Made by a program: the position numbers and the translations under genes. From Patescibacteria group bacterium (GTDB lineage: Bacteria; Patescibacteriota; Minisyncoccia; Phycocordibacterales; JAKAEA01): DNA of 64,000 bases. The notes below the pieces were generated by a model. The model was given only the letters and a program-made list of their open reading frames with translations, ran no database searches and was not told where the DNA came from. Below, piece by piece: positions 48,172-60,443 of this stretch (the stretch's first letter is position 1; each line of letters opens with the position of its first letter). Location: NCBI GenBank assembly GCA_040387855.1, contig JAZKCY010000001.1, forward strand, positions 189,857 to 253,856. Reading direction: 5' to 3'.

Positions 48172-48678
48172 ATGACACTTACTACTCATGCAGTAACAGG
48201 AGCTTTGGTGGGAGCAGTAGCTTCCAGTAATCCTGCTTTTGCTGCGGTAGCGGCATTTGCTAGTCATTTTTTGCTTGATGCGATTCCACATTGGGATTAT
48301 TCTCTTTCTACAGTTTCTGAAGATTCAAAGAATCCACTAAATAACAATATGCAAACTAAGGGAAAGCGCTTTTATGTTGATCTCTCAAAAACTCTTTTTG
48401 ATGCAGTGCTGGGGATGGCTATTGTTATCCTTGTATTTATGAATGCGCCAGTCCAAGTACTAATTGGAGCGCTTATTGGAGCAATCTTTGCTGTTGCTCC
48501 TGATCCTCTCCAATTTGTCTATTGGAAACTTCGTCTTCGTATCTTGGAACCTGTCCAAAAGTTTCATCTTTTTATCCATGCAAAAACACTGCTTAAAGAT
48601 CGACCAGTAATTGGGATTGGTTCACAAATTATCTTAATCATACTAACTGTTCTTGCAGCTCATGCATTGTGGTACTAA
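48172..48678 (+). CDS. Membrane protein, putative metal-dependent hydrolase
   Basis: THAVTG, SHFLLDAIPHWD, APD, FH..IH. Confidence 0.65.
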   Translation: MTLTTHAVTGALVGAVASSNPAFAAVAAFASHFLLDAIPHWDYSLSTVSEDSKNPLNNNMQTKGKRFYVDLSKTLFDAVLGMAIVILVFMNAPVQVLIGALIGAIFAVAPDPLQFVYWKLRLRILEPVQKFHLFIHAKTLLKDRPVIGIGSQIILIILTVLAAHALWY

Positions 48679-48721
48679 GCGTAGTATAATGTAAGTTATT
48701 CAAGAGCTAACGTCTTAAATT

Positions 48722-49291
48722 ATGAAGAATGGAATTTTAGTAATTATTGTTTTGTTCATAGTAATAGCTGTGTTGAGTATTATTCTCATGTTTGATATTG
48801 GAAGAAAAGCTCCAGAAAGGTATCTTTCAGTCGCAAATTTTGAGGAGTGTGCAAAAGCAGGATATCCAATAATGGAATCATATCCATCTCGTTGTTCAAC
48901 CCCCGATGGTAAAACGTATACCCAAAACGTAAGCACTTCAACTATTACTATTGCAACATCAACTAAGAGTTCAAATGTACGTATGGCAACTCCACGACCT
49001 GAGGAACTTGTAAAAAGCCCGTTGAAAATTGCTGGATCAGCACGAGGAACATGGTTTTTTGAAGCATCATTCCCAGTTCAGCTTGTAGATGCCAATGGTA
49101 CACTGATTGCTCAAGGTCCAGCAACAGCAAAGGGAGAATGGATGACAACAGATTTTGTGCCATTTGAAGCATCACTTGTGTTTACCAATCCCACAACAGC
49201 CACAGGAACATTAATACTTAAAAAAGATAATCCATCAGGAGATTTGGCTCGAGATGAAGAACATAGAATTCCAATAACCTTTAGTAAATAA
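48722..49291 (+). CDS. Gmad2 Ig-like domain protein
   Basis: ARGTWFFEASFPV, WMTTDFVPF, KDNPSG. Confidence 0.8.
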   Translation: MKNGILVIIVLFIVIAVLSIILMFDIGRKAPERYLSVANFEECAKAGYPIMESYPSRCSTPDGKTYTQNVSTSTITIATSTKSSNVRMATPRPEELVKSPLKIAGSARGTWFFEASFPVQLVDANGTLIAQGPATAKGEWMTTDFVPFEASLVFTNPTTATGTLILKKDNPSGDLARDEEHRIPITFSK

Positions 49292-49295
49292 ATTT

Positions 49296-49571
49296 ATGGA
49301 GACACTTATTCACGCAGATATATTCTTTTTTATCACCACAGTTTCACTTGTTGTGATTAGTCTTGGCTTGGTGATCGCTATTATATATCTCATAAAGATA
49401 CTACGAGATATATCTGCAGTTTCACACAAAGTTAAGGATGAAAGTGCTGAAATAATCGCAGACCTCAAACATATTCGTGGTACTATAAAACAGCAAGCTT
49501 TTAGTTTTGGGGGGATAAGTCAGATAATAGGATTGATTTTTCGTCGAAAAAAATCAAAGCGGAATGAATAA
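49296..49571 (+). CDS. Small membrane protein
   Basis: ADIFFFITT TM plus coiled coil. Confidence 0.7.
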   Translation: METLIHADIFFFITTVSLVVISLGLVIAIIYLIKILRDISAVSHKVKDESAEIIADLKHIRGTIKQQAFSFGGISQIIGLIFRRKKSKRNE

Positions 49572-49591
49572 TAACCAATAATAATAACGTT

Positions 49592-50044
49592 ATGGAAAAG
49601 AAAACAACACACAAAGGAAGTACCGTTGGGGAGAAAGTGGCAGCTGGACTTGGTCTTGCAGCACTCGCAGCTGCTGCAGCAGGAGCAATATTTTTATATG
49701 GTACAGATGCAGGAAAGAAACGACGAGCTCAAATTAAAAGTTGGTCCCTACGAATGAAAGGTGATGTCATGGACCGTATGGAAAAGATGAAAGATTGGAG
49801 TGAAGAATCTTATTCAGATATTGTAGATACTGTTGCAGAAAAATATAAAAACTTAAAGAATGTAGATGCAGGTGAGCTTTCGGTTATAGTTGCTGATCTC
49901 AAGCGACATTGGAAGACAATTAAAAAACATGTTGAGGGAAACACAAAAAAGAAGCCGTCAGCAGGAGCAAAGGCAAAAGCTAAGCCAAAAGCAAAAAAGA
50001 AAGTAACAGATGTAGAAGTAGTTAAAGAACCAAAGCAGGAATAA
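49592..50044 (+). CDS. Hypothetical protein (YtxH-like)
   Basis: Ala-rich TM, FLYG..GKK.R, Lys-rich tail. Confidence 0.65.
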   Translation: MEKKTTHKGSTVGEKVAAGLGLAALAAAAAGAIFLYGTDAGKKRRAQIKSWSLRMKGDVMDRMEKMKDWSEESYSDIVDTVAEKYKNLKNVDAGELSVIVADLKRHWKTIKKHVEGNTKKKPSAGAKAKAKPKAKKKVTDVEVVKEPKQE

Positions 50045-50120
50045 GTTTTCTTAAAAAATAATAAGAGCTCATGCAGATCATGCATGAGCTTTTGTTTTAG
50101 TTAAAAATCAACCAAATAAA

Positions 50121-50258
50121 GAACCCTGGAGTTCAAGCGTTGCTGCGGGGTGCTTAGCAACGCGAACGTCAACAGGGTTCGTGTTTTAAGGTGATGCAGG
50201 CCTCTCGGAAAAACCTGCACCACCCGGGAGGCGGGCATCAAGATCAAACGATCTGCTC
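50121..50258. ncRNA. Unidentified GC-rich structured element
   Basis: Three consecutive hairpins plus an alternative pairing in an intergenic region. Confidence 0.45.
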
Positions 50259-50298
50259 AATACTTTACACTTATAAAATAATTTGTCAATATAGCTTA

Positions 50299-51051
50299 AT
50301 GAAACAAAACACCTCATGGGGCAACGTTGCTGATTGGTATGCTGCTTTACTCAAAGATCCAGATAACTATCAATCACAGGTCATTTTGCCCAACCTAGTA
50401 CGTGTTATGGACGTTAAACCAACTCACACGGTACTTGATCTAGCGTGTGGTACTGGTTTCTTTTCAGAAGTCTTCTGTTCTCAAGGGGGAAAGGTGATTG
50501 GTGTCGATATTTCACCTGAACTTATTGAAATTGCAAAAGCTCATGCTTCAAAAGACATCTCATTTTCCGTATCGCAAGCTCATAAGCTTCCAATGATAGA
50601 ATCGGGAACAGTGGATTCTATTGCTATCGTATTAGCACTGCAAAATATTAAAGAAGCAAAAGAAACACTTACAGAATGTTTTCGGGTATTAAAGCCGGGA
50701 GGTAAAGTGTGTATAGTGCTCAATCATCCTGCATATAGAATTCCAACCGCATCTAGCTGGGAATGGGATGAGAAAAATAATAAGCAGTTTAGACGGATTG
50801 ATCAGTATCTTTCAGAAAAATCTGTAGAGATCGCCATGCATCCAGGTGCAAAGCCACATGAGAAGACTGTGTCATTTCATCGACCACTTCAGTTTTATGT
50901 AAAAGCTGCACGAGCTTCAGGATTTGTTATTACGCGACTGGAAGAATGGATTTCACATAAGGCTTCACAAAAGGGACCTCGACAGCAGGAAGAAGACCGA
51001 ATTAGAAAAGAGATACCATTGTTTATGCTCCTTGAATGTACGAAATTATAA
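50299..51051 (+). CDS. Class I SAM-dependent methyltransferase
   Basis: VLDLACGTG, GVDIS, RVLKPGG; start moved to ATG 50299. Confidence 0.87.
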   Translation: MKQNTSWGNVADWYAALLKDPDNYQSQVILPNLVRVMDVKPTHTVLDLACGTGFFSEVFCSQGGKVIGVDISPELIEIAKAHASKDISFSVSQAHKLPMIESGTVDSIAIVLALQNIKEAKETLTECFRVLKPGGKVCIVLNHPAYRIPTASSWEWDEKNNKQFRRIDQYLSEKSVEIAMHPGAKPHEKTVSFHRPLQFYVKAARASGFVITRLEEWISHKASQKGPRQQEEDRIRKEIPLFMLLECTKL

Positions 51052-51076
51052 TCACACGGTATACTATACGTACTCT

Positions 51077-51304
51077 ATGAACCACGAAAAACATTATGTA
51101 TGCAGTGAGTGCGGAAATGTATCTAAGAATCCTGGCACATGCCAAATTGATGATTGCACTCAGCAAGGTGTAGCATTACACGAATGCCATTGTAAAAACA
51201 ATAAACACGAGAGCATAGTAAATCAATTTAAATCTTCAGATGAAAATCAAGAGGCAGAAGGTTCAAAAATAAATCTTTTAGATCTCGACTCGCCAAATCC
51301 ATAA
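51077..51304 (+). CDS. Small Cys-rich (zinc-binding) protein
   Basis: YVCSECG...TC...C...ECHC...H; start moved to ATG 51077. Confidence 0.65.
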   Translation: MNHEKHYVCSECGNVSKNPGTCQIDDCTQQGVALHECHCKNNKHESIVNQFKSSDENQEAEGSKINLLDLDSPNP

Positions 51305-51321
51305 GAAACAAAAAAGAATCC

Positions 51322-52500
51322 CTAGAGGATTCTTTTTGCTTTTATGCTTCGCAGTTTATAACTAAATATAGTTCCTATAGATAACGTAATTCCAGTAAAC
51401 AAGAACAGATAATTTATTGGAAGGGTAGTAATAAATAGTTGGATAGTTAATGGAATAACTATGTAAGCCAGAGGACCAGTCATTTTATTTACACTAATAA
51501 GCCCAACATCTTGGTCAGAAATTCGAAGGAAGAATGCGTAGTCACTAGCGACTTCTACGAAGCTTGCACCCATTCGTGAGAAAAAGAGGAGCAGCATCCA
51601 GGTGGCAATACTTGTTGATGTTACTGAAAACATAAGAACTGTAGCAAGAGCCATAATTATAAATCCAACGATGAGGGTGTCTTTTTCTGTGTGCATTGCA
51701 TCAAACATTCGGCCAAGCGGCGCTTCAAAAATAACAAATGGAATAAGCATCACGGTAAAGATCGCACCAATAGATTGCCAATCAAATCCAATCACATTGT
51801 GAAGATAGAGTGGTGTATAAATAACCATCACAGCATAAAAGCTTTGAAGCAAAAAATTTATAATAAATATTCTGCAAAGATCTTTATGCTTTAAAAACGT
51901 ACGAACACTTTCTAGGAAGTTTACTTCTTTTAATTCGCGGGTACGAATAGTACGGAAGCTCTCTACAGTAATAAAAAGAAAAAGAGCACACAAAAGCGCA
52001 GAAATTAAATAGATTACTTGATACGAGCTTACCGAAATAATCTTTCCTACTATAAGGGGGGAGATAACAAAGGCAAGGTTCATCGAGGTTAGATACATTG
52101 ATCTAATTCGTCCAATCGAAGCTTGTGTGCGGAGAGTCCCTTCTAGAAACACATCTAATCCCATGAGTAGCAAGGGTGGAAGTGCCTGATGAATTATGAA
52201 GAAAAATTTAATGAGTGCGGGATCTCGCGTTGCAAAAAGGCCGAGAAGGGAAATGATTTCTGCAAATATAACCGCTATGATTACTCTGAAATTACCAAAT
52301 CGTTTAATTAAACTTGTACTAATTATAAACGCAATAAGAGTTAGAATAGCTCCGGATGTATAGAGATAACTAATAGTACGCTCACTAAAATATTCACTCA
52401 GGAAGTTTGAGTTTATATAGATAGTGAAACTGTAGTGGAGAGCTAATATAAGCGCGCCGAGATAAATAAATTTTAATCTCGAAGAAACATAACGTGGCAT
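51322..52500 (-). CDS. MFS transporter
   Basis: 12 TM pattern, 392 aa. Confidence 0.85.
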   Translation of the reverse strand: MPRYVSSRLKFIYLGALILALHYSFTIYINSNFLSEYFSERTISYLYTSGAILTLIAFIISTSLIKRFGNFRVIIAVIFAEIISLLGLFATRDPALIKFFFIIHQALPPLLLMGLDVFLEGTLRTQASIGRIRSMYLTSMNLAFVISPLIVGKIISVSSYQVIYLISALLCALFLFITVESFRTIRTRELKEVNFLESVRTFLKHKDLCRIFIINFLLQSFYAVMVIYTPLYLHNVIGFDWQSIGAIFTVMLIPFVIFEAPLGRMFDAMHTEKDTLIVGFIIMALATVLMFSVTSTSIATWMLLLFFSRMGASFVEVASDYAFFLRISDQDVGLISVNKMTGPLAYIVIPLTIQLFITTLPINYLFLFTGITLSIGTIFSYKLRSIKAKRIL

Positions 52501-52540
52501 GTGCTTTATTATATCAGGCTCTGCTTATTTAAGACTGTTG

Positions 52541-52578
52541 ATAAAACACCCTGTACCATTTGGTACAGGGTGTTTTAT
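52541..52578 (-). terminator. Terminator after rnj
   Basis: ATAAAACACCCTGTACCA-TT-TGGTACAGGGTGTTTTAT perfect IR. Confidence 0.8.
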
Positions 52579-54516
52579 TTAGACTCCGAGTAATACTGGG
52601 ATTACGATCGGTCGTTTATTTGTTTGCTGGAAGAGATACTTAGAGACATTATCTGATACAACTTGTTTTACATAATCAAAGTTGATTGGATGCTGTCCTG
52701 CAATACTTTCTTCAATTGTTTTCTTGATGATGTATCGAGTCTGCTGGAGAAGATCTTGTGATTCTCTAAGATACACGAATCCTCGAGAGATAATATCTGG
52801 ACTCTTCTTGAGTTTTCCGGTGGCAGTGTTAATAGATGCAATGAGGACAAACATTCCGTCTTGTGCCAGCATTTGTCGATCTCGAATCACCACTTCCTGA
52901 ATGTCTCCAACTGAGAACCCGTCTACAAGAACCATCCCTGATGGAGCTTTTTCCTTTAGTCGAACAAGCTTAGTTCCTTCGTCTCGGATTTCAACAATTG
53001 TTCCGTTGTCGGGCACAATCATATTTTCTTCTGGCATTCCTAGAGATTCCGCAAGATCTGCATGGAGCTTCAATCGGTAGTGGTTGCCGTGTACGGGCAT
53101 GAAGAACTTTGGATTTACTTTCTTAAACATCCATTCAAGTTCACCCTTGTTTCCGTGACCAGATCCGTGAATATACACATCTGATGTTCGGTAGTGAATA
53201 ATTTTTGCACCTTGTCGAGCAAGATTGTCTTTGAGTTTTTCTACGGCCTTTTCGTTACCAGGAATAATAGATGATGAAAGAAGAACTGTGTCTCGATTTG
53301 AAAGCTTCACATTCTTGTGTGAACGGTTACTGATTCGCATAAGGGCTGCAAATTCTTCTCCTTGAGCACCTGTTGCAAGCATAATGATTCGATCAGGTGG
53401 ATATGATTCCATGTCCTGAACATTGATGATTGTGCCTTTCTTTACTTTGAGCATGCCGGCAAGGGTAGCGATTTCAATGTTTGTCTTCATTGATCGTCCT
53501 TCCATGACAACTTTCTTTCCTAGCTTTTCTGCGATTTCAATGATCTTAATCATTCGTTCCATTTGAGATGCAAATGTTCCAATGATCAATCGTCCTTTAA
53601 TATTTCGAATGATTTCTTCGAGGTTTTTGTGAACTAGTTTTTCTGGGGTAGAGAAGCCAGGGTTTTCAATGTTGGTAGAGTCGTTCATCATGAATAAAAT
53701 ATTCATGTCTTTAAACTTGTCGTACTCATTGGTTTCAGCTTCTGTAGGAATTGTATCAGTGTGATCAAGCTTTGGATCTCCTGGGTTCACAATATTTCCG
53801 TACGGAGTTTCAATGATCACTCCCATAGAATCTGGAATAGTGTGAGTCACTGCAAAAAACTTAACGGTAAGTTTCCCAATCTGAACATGTGAATCTTTTT
53901 CAACAATTCGGATATCAAGAGGATCAAGCTGAGGAAATTCTTCCTGTCGCTTTTTGATCATAAGCGCTGTAAGGTTTCGTGTGTAAATTGGGGGATTACC
54001 AATTCGAGGCATGATGTAAGGAATTCCTCCTGTGTGATCAAGGTGACCGTGAGTGATGATCACTGCGCGGATCTTATCTTTTCGATCTTCAATATATTTT
54101 GTATTTGGAAGAATATAGTCGATACCTGGTGTGTCTTCTTCTTGAAATTGGAAACCAAGGTCAATAACAATGATGTCATCATTGAATTCAACCATCATAC
54201 AGTTCTGACCAATCTGTTCTACACCTCCAAGTGGAATAACTCGAATAGTATTTGGTGCGAGTGGGGGAATGGCAATTGAGTCTGATTTCTTTGCAAATGG
54301 TCGAGCATCAGGCTTTTGCATACTTCGAGGTGAATGATCTCGGTGTGGTCGATCACGTCGATTAGTTCGTGGTTTATGTGCCGGAGAATTAGTTGGATTA
54401 GTTCCAAATGCCTTTCGGTCTGCGCTGAAAGTTCGGGTTCTATTTTGATATGGTCTTTGGTTTTGTGCTGGTGCTGGTTGTGCTTGAGGCTGAGATTGTG
54501 GGTTTTCTGGATTCAT
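52579..54516 (-). CDS. rnj: Ribonuclease J
   Basis: PLGG..IG.N, THGHLDH.G, HTIPD, DSTN, H.SGH, PVHG. Confidence 0.95.
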   Translation of the reverse strand: MNPENPQSQPQAQPAPAQNQRPYQNRTRTFSADRKAFGTNPTNSPAHKPRTNRRDRPHRDHSPRSMQKPDARPFAKKSDSIAIPPLAPNTIRVIPLGGVEQIGQNCMMVEFNDDIIVIDLGFQFQEEDTPGIDYILPNTKYIEDRKDKIRAVIITHGHLDHTGGIPYIMPRIGNPPIYTRNLTALMIKKRQEEFPQLDPLDIRIVEKDSHVQIGKLTVKFFAVTHTIPDSMGVIIETPYGNIVNPGDPKLDHTDTIPTEAETNEYDKFKDMNILFMMNDSTNIENPGFSTPEKLVHKNLEEIIRNIKGRLIIGTFASQMERMIKIIEIAEKLGKKVVMEGRSMKTNIEIATLAGMLKVKKGTIINVQDMESYPPDRIIMLATGAQGEEFAALMRISNRSHKNVKLSNRDTVLLSSSIIPGNEKAVEKLKDNLARQGAKIIHYRTSDVYIHGSGHGNKGELEWMFKKVNPKFFMPVHGNHYRLKLHADLAESLGMPEENMIVPDNGTIVEIRDEGTKLVRLKEKAPSGMVLVDGFSVGDIQEVVIRDRQMLAQDGMFVLIASINTATGKLKKSPDIISRGFVYLRESQDLLQQTRYIIKKTIEESIAGQHPINFDYVKQVVSDNVSKYLFQQTNKRPIVIPVLLGV

Positions 54517-54552
54517 AAGTATTATTAATTTCTTCTAATTGGTTATTTTTGC

Positions 54553-56304
54553 TTATTTTGATGTAAAGACTTCCCAGACTTTGTCGGTACCTATATACCA
54601 ATCAAGAATAGTACTAAATCGTTCACTCGGTGATGAAACTTGATTCAACTGCAATCCTTTTATATTCGGTGAAGTGACGTAAATAAAGCTTGGAGAATAG
54701 AGGAATACTGCCGGTATATCTTTTCGTATTTCTTCGTCGAATCCTTTGTATACATCAAGCCGTGTTGCTCGATCGGGAATTTGGCGAATCATCTCAAGTG
54801 CTTTATCTGCTTTTGTATTTTGATACATAGCAACGTTCAATCCTGGATCCTGTCGTTCTTTCGAATGCCAGAATGCATACAAATCAAGCTCTCTGTTTAC
54901 TACCTGTCCAAATAGCAATGCATCATACTTTCTAGGCTTGATAACATTTTGATTCAAATATCCACCTTCAATGACTTTGACTGAAACTTGTGCTCCTAAT
55001 TTTTGCCATTCAGTTTTAACTTTTTCAGCTACGTCCTTAAGTTCAGGAGCGTCTGATGTTGAAATTGAGAATGAAAGAGGAACAGTATCTTTACCGATCT
55101 TTTTTTCCCGGATGCCCTCAGTAGTAAGAGTCCAGCCGTTTTTTTCAAGAAGAGTTATTGCTTCATTGAGAGAGGCTGATGTATAGAGAGGGTCACGAGG
55201 GGAATCAATATCACTAGTAAAGCTTTTTGGAGCCGCGCTGTCAAGTGCTGTGCCAAATCCGTGAAGCGTACTATTGATAATAGCATCACGATCAATACTC
55301 ATATTTAATGCCTGTCGGACTTCAAGTTCGGCCAATGCTTTGTTTGCTTCTTGATTAAAAAACACTGCAAATACACGTGGAAGTGATCCTGTAGTTACAG
55401 TCTTTCCTGCGACTTTAAGATCTGCAGCGACATCAGGAGAAATACTGTTTATATTATCTACATCACCAGCTTTAAATGCATCAATCATGCTTTTCTCTGA
55501 TGTATAAAATTTAACAACAAGAGTTTTAATATATGGGGTACCACGAACATACCGATCAAAAGCTTCAAGATCATACGCCATAGGTACGCCATTGTCGTTT
55601 CGTTCTACCGATCCGATCTTATATGGTCCAGAGCCAATAGGTTCAACATTGAGATCACTTGCTATAAAGCTTTCTCCTTCTGCTCCTTGCCACAAATGTT
55701 GAGGCAAAATACCCATAGTTGTATTTTCAATAAATGCTGCGAATGGCTGCTTTAAAGTGAACTTCACTTCAAGGTCACTTATTTTTTCAACGACAACCCC
55801 ATCCCAGTTTGCTCGTTTATTGCTTTTGATTGCTGGATCCTGTGCTTTTGAAATTGTGAAAAGTACGTCATCAGCAGTTACAGGTGTCCCATCATGAAAG
55901 ACTGCAGTATTTCGTAATTTAAAAGAATAGACTTTTCCATCTGCAGAAACAGAATATGTTTCGGCAAGATCAGGAACAAATTCTCCTGTTGGATTTATTC
56001 TAAGTAATCCGGAATATACTAATGCAGATAAATCTTTATCTCCATCAGTTACAGAAAGAAGGGGATTAATAAAACGAGGAAGACCTACAACTCCTTCTGT
56101 GATTCTTCCTCCACGACTAGGTATCTCAACCATGTATGCACTATTTACTTGCAAAAGCATGGCAATAGATGACACTGAAAAGAGTGCTATTAAACTTCCT
56201 AAGAATATTTTTCCGGTAAGAGAAAGTGATGAAACAACTTTCTCAATACGACGCGTAAATGGTAAACGGAAATGCCTTGAGGGCACGAATGGTTTATCGT
56301 TCAC
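54553..56304 (-). CDS. Peptide ABC transporter substrate-binding protein (family 5)
   Basis: PDLAE, FHDGTPVTADDV.FT, PIGSGPY. Confidence 0.9.
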   Translation of the reverse strand: MNDKPFVPSRHFRLPFTRRIEKVVSSLSLTGKIFLGSLIALFSVSSIAMLLQVNSAYMVEIPSRGGRITEGVVGLPRFINPLLSVTDGDKDLSALVYSGLLRINPTGEFVPDLAETYSVSADGKVYSFKLRNTAVFHDGTPVTADDVLFTISKAQDPAIKSNKRANWDGVVVEKISDLEVKFTLKQPFAAFIENTTMGILPQHLWQGAEGESFIASDLNVEPIGSGPYKIGSVERNDNGVPMAYDLEAFDRYVRGTPYIKTLVVKFYTSEKSMIDAFKAGDVDNINSISPDVAADLKVAGKTVTTGSLPRVFAVFFNQEANKALAELEVRQALNMSIDRDAIINSTLHGFGTALDSAAPKSFTSDIDSPRDPLYTSASLNEAITLLEKNGWTLTTEGIREKKIGKDTVPLSFSISTSDAPELKDVAEKVKTEWQKLGAQVSVKVIEGGYLNQNVIKPRKYDALLFGQVVNRELDLYAFWHSKERQDPGLNVAMYQNTKADKALEMIRQIPDRATRLDVYKGFDEEIRKDIPAVFLYSPSFIYVTSPNIKGLQLNQVSSPSERFSTILDWYIGTDKVWEVFTSK

Positions 56305-56326
56305 AATATGTAGATGTTAGCTTTTA

Positions 56327-56569
56327 TTATCGAGCAATGAGCGCAATAAGCGATGATGCAGCAAAAAGGATTGCAACGACAATAGTAGATATGAAGATAA
56401 CTCTCTCCATTCCTCGTCGTGTGTGGGCTGGGGCGTTTAGGTTTTCGCCACCTCCAAACGCGCTACCTAGATCGGCTTCTGACTGTTGTAGAAGGACAAG
56501 GATAATTAAAAGCGCAGAAAGGATTATCTGGAGATACGGTAATATCGGGATGATGATGCTCATGGGCAA
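56327..56569 (-). CDS. secG: Preprotein translocase subunit SecG
   Basis: LVLLQQ..ADLGSAFGG, RRG.E, two TM. Confidence 0.9.
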   Translation of the reverse strand: MPMSIIIPILPYLQIILSALLIILVLLQQSEADLGSAFGGGENLNAPAHTRRGMERVIFISTIVVAILFAASSLIALIAR

Positions 56570-56624
56570 TACTATATCATGACTTAGGAATTGTGCAATG
56601 GGTAATGTATGTTATATTTTTCGT

Positions 56625-56924
56625 ATGAAAAAGAAAATCCAACCGCTCGGTGATCGAGTCCTTGTGCGACCAATCGTAGAGAATGAGTCAGGGAAGACCG
56701 CGTCTGGGATCTACTTGCCTGATGCTGCACGAAAAGAACAATCTGGAGAAGGGGAAATCATTGCTGTAGGAGAAGGACGATATGAAAACGGTGTACTCAT
56801 CCCTATGAATGTAAAAATTGGTGATAAAGTGTTGTTTTCAAAATATGCCTATGAAGAAGTAAAGATAGATGGAGAAGACTATTACATTTTTAAATTAGAA
56901 AACATTTTAGCTGTAATTAAATAA
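56625..56924 (+). CDS. groES: Co-chaperonin GroES
   Basis: [31 protein letters not shown]. Confidence 0.95.
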   Translation: MKKKIQPLGDRVLVRPIVENESGKTASGIYLPDAARKEQSGEGEIIAVGEGRYENGVLIPMNVKIGDKVLFSKYAYEEVKIDGEDYYIFKLENILAVIK

Positions 56925-58571
<1,647 letters not shown>

Positions 58572-58592
58572 ATATAGTATAATTAATGCACG

Positions 58593-59270
58593 ATGGCTTT
58601 TGAAACTCCACAGGAGAATAATTTTGGTGAAAAATTATATTCACCTCGAGATATTGATGGGAATAAAAACAGTGAAATTATAGAGCAGGTCCGTGATCTT
58701 GAAGAACGACTTACTCCGTACCCATGGTTTATTGGGGTCTCTCCGTTTGGTTCAACGATGAAAGGATATAGTAATGAAGAATCAGATCTGGATGTAAGGA
58801 TTTTGTATGATGAGCCTATACTTAAGACATCTGATGATCTTGAATTGTATAGAAATATGAATGAATGGGCAGCGCAGTTTAAAGGTAAAACAGGAAGAGA
58901 TTTAAATGTGCTTTTAGAACCGATTGATTCTAATAGAGTACGTGAGTATTTTACTATTATTAAAAATAGATCATTCGCTCCCATTCCTTCTGAATTAGTA
59001 AATATGTGTAAGATGACAACTGGGCATGTGATTGATGCCTATCGCTCATCAATGGTTGCAGGATTTTCTATGCTTGGAGATAAACAAAAAGATTTTGTTT
59101 TGTCCGGGCTTCTGAATGAATTTAAACGTGATGAGTATGCATCACTCGAAAAATTTAAAAATAGAGTGGATTCAAAAAATCACCAAGAATATTTTCAAGA
59201 AAGAATGGAACTTTGGAAACATAGAATAGAAGAAGTGTTTCAGTATACTCCAGCTCGGTGGGATTATTAG
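58593..59270 (+). CDS. Nucleotidyltransferase-domain protein
   Basis: FGS..KG....SDLD Pol-beta-like motif. Confidence 0.6.
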   Translation: MAFETPQENNFGEKLYSPRDIDGNKNSEIIEQVRDLEERLTPYPWFIGVSPFGSTMKGYSNEESDLDVRILYDEPILKTSDDLELYRNMNEWAAQFKGKTGRDLNVLLEPIDSNRVREYFTIIKNRSFAPIPSELVNMCKMTTGHVIDAYRSSMVAGFSMLGDKQKDFVLSGLLNEFKRDEYASLEKFKNRVDSKNHQEYFQERMELWKHRIEEVFQYTPARWDY

Positions 59271-59312
59271 GATCTGTTACATTCGCCCTTATTTTTCGTA
59301 TATACTGTATAT

Positions 59313-60398
59313 ATGAATAAGAAAATCATTGTCATCCTTTCAGTATTAGCCATAATCGTCTTTGCTGGCGCTGTTATTATTTCTGTAAATAAAAACTCAA
59401 ATTCTGTACCTGTAGCAACAAATACAGGCTCAACAACACCAACAGGAAGTTCAAGTACATCAACACCTACAACAGGTGGTACTGCTACTACAACTCCTAA
59501 TGTAAAAACATACAACAATACTACTCACGCATTCTCATTTCAGTATCCAGCAACGTATCGAGATACAACAGCAGAACGAAGTTCAAACATCCCACTTCTT
59601 TCACTTGAAAAAGGTGAGACTGCTATTGCTATAAAAAGAATAGTTCCAACTGCATCTCAAACATATGAGAAAGCCCTTATTAATGATGTGATTCTTGATC
59701 CAAAGGGAGATCATCCAGAATCATTTAAAGAATTTACATCACGAACTATAAATGGAAAGCAATTCCATTGGATTGTTACAAGTAGATTTGAAGGATTGAT
59801 TACGATTAATTATTATTTGAAACGAGACAAAGATATTCTAGTTTTCTCAACTCAAAATCGAAATGTGCCTGAATGGACAAACCCTGCATATGTTATAGAT
59901 GATGAACCTGTGCACAAAGATTTGCGTGGAATGCTTGCAACATTGAAATCTGCAACAGCTGCAGATACAACACTAGAAATTAGTTTGTTCTATGTGAATA
60001 CTACAAGTCCTGATTTTAATGTATCATGCGCTGCAACTGGAAAAGTTACGAGAATAATACCTAAGACTGTTGCAACAGCTGATGCTGCACTAAAAGAATT
60101 ATTTAAGGGACCAACAGCAACAGAAAAATCCCAAGGACTTATATCTTCATTTGATAAACCACTTGAAGGTTCGACTCAAGATCCAAAACCACTTCGTGAT
60201 CACTATATTGGTGTGACGGTAAAAAATGGAAAGGCAACAGTTAACTTTAAACCCGACGGTATGACTTATTTAAACTCAACTGCATGCATGCAGGAGAGTG
60301 TAAAAACATCAATTGAGAAAACACTAAAGCAGTTCTCATCAATTACTGAAGTTGTGTATGCAATCAATGGGAAAGTTGTAACAGATTGGGATGCTTAA
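59313..60398 (+). CDS. GerMN domain exported protein
   Basis: AALKELFKGPT..EK..G, IEKTLKQF..V. Confidence 0.75.
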   Translation: MNKKIIVILSVLAIIVFAGAVIISVNKNSNSVPVATNTGSTTPTGSSSTSTPTTGGTATTTPNVKTYNNTTHAFSFQYPATYRDTTAERSSNIPLLSLEKGETAIAIKRIVPTASQTYEKALINDVILDPKGDHPESFKEFTSRTINGKQFHWIVTSRFEGLITINYYLKRDKDILVFSTQNRNVPEWTNPAYVIDDEPVHKDLRGMLATLKSATAADTTLEISLFYVNTTSPDFNVSCAATGKVTRIIPKTVATADAALKELFKGPTATEKSQGLISSFDKPLEGSTQDPKPLRDHYIGVTVKNGKATVNFKPDGMTYLNSTACMQESVKTSIEKTLKQFSSITEVVYAINGKVVTDWDA

Positions 60399-60443
60399 AC
60401 TCGACAATAATGTGTGCTATACTAGCCACATAACAATAAATAT

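Noticed and set aside
50191-50298. N-terminal extension of the methyltransferase ORF
   Set aside because: Runs through the structured element; ATG 50299 gives a normal start.
56570-56624. CIRCE element before groES
   Set aside because: No TTAGCACTC-N9-GAGTGCTAA in the short divergent intergenic region.
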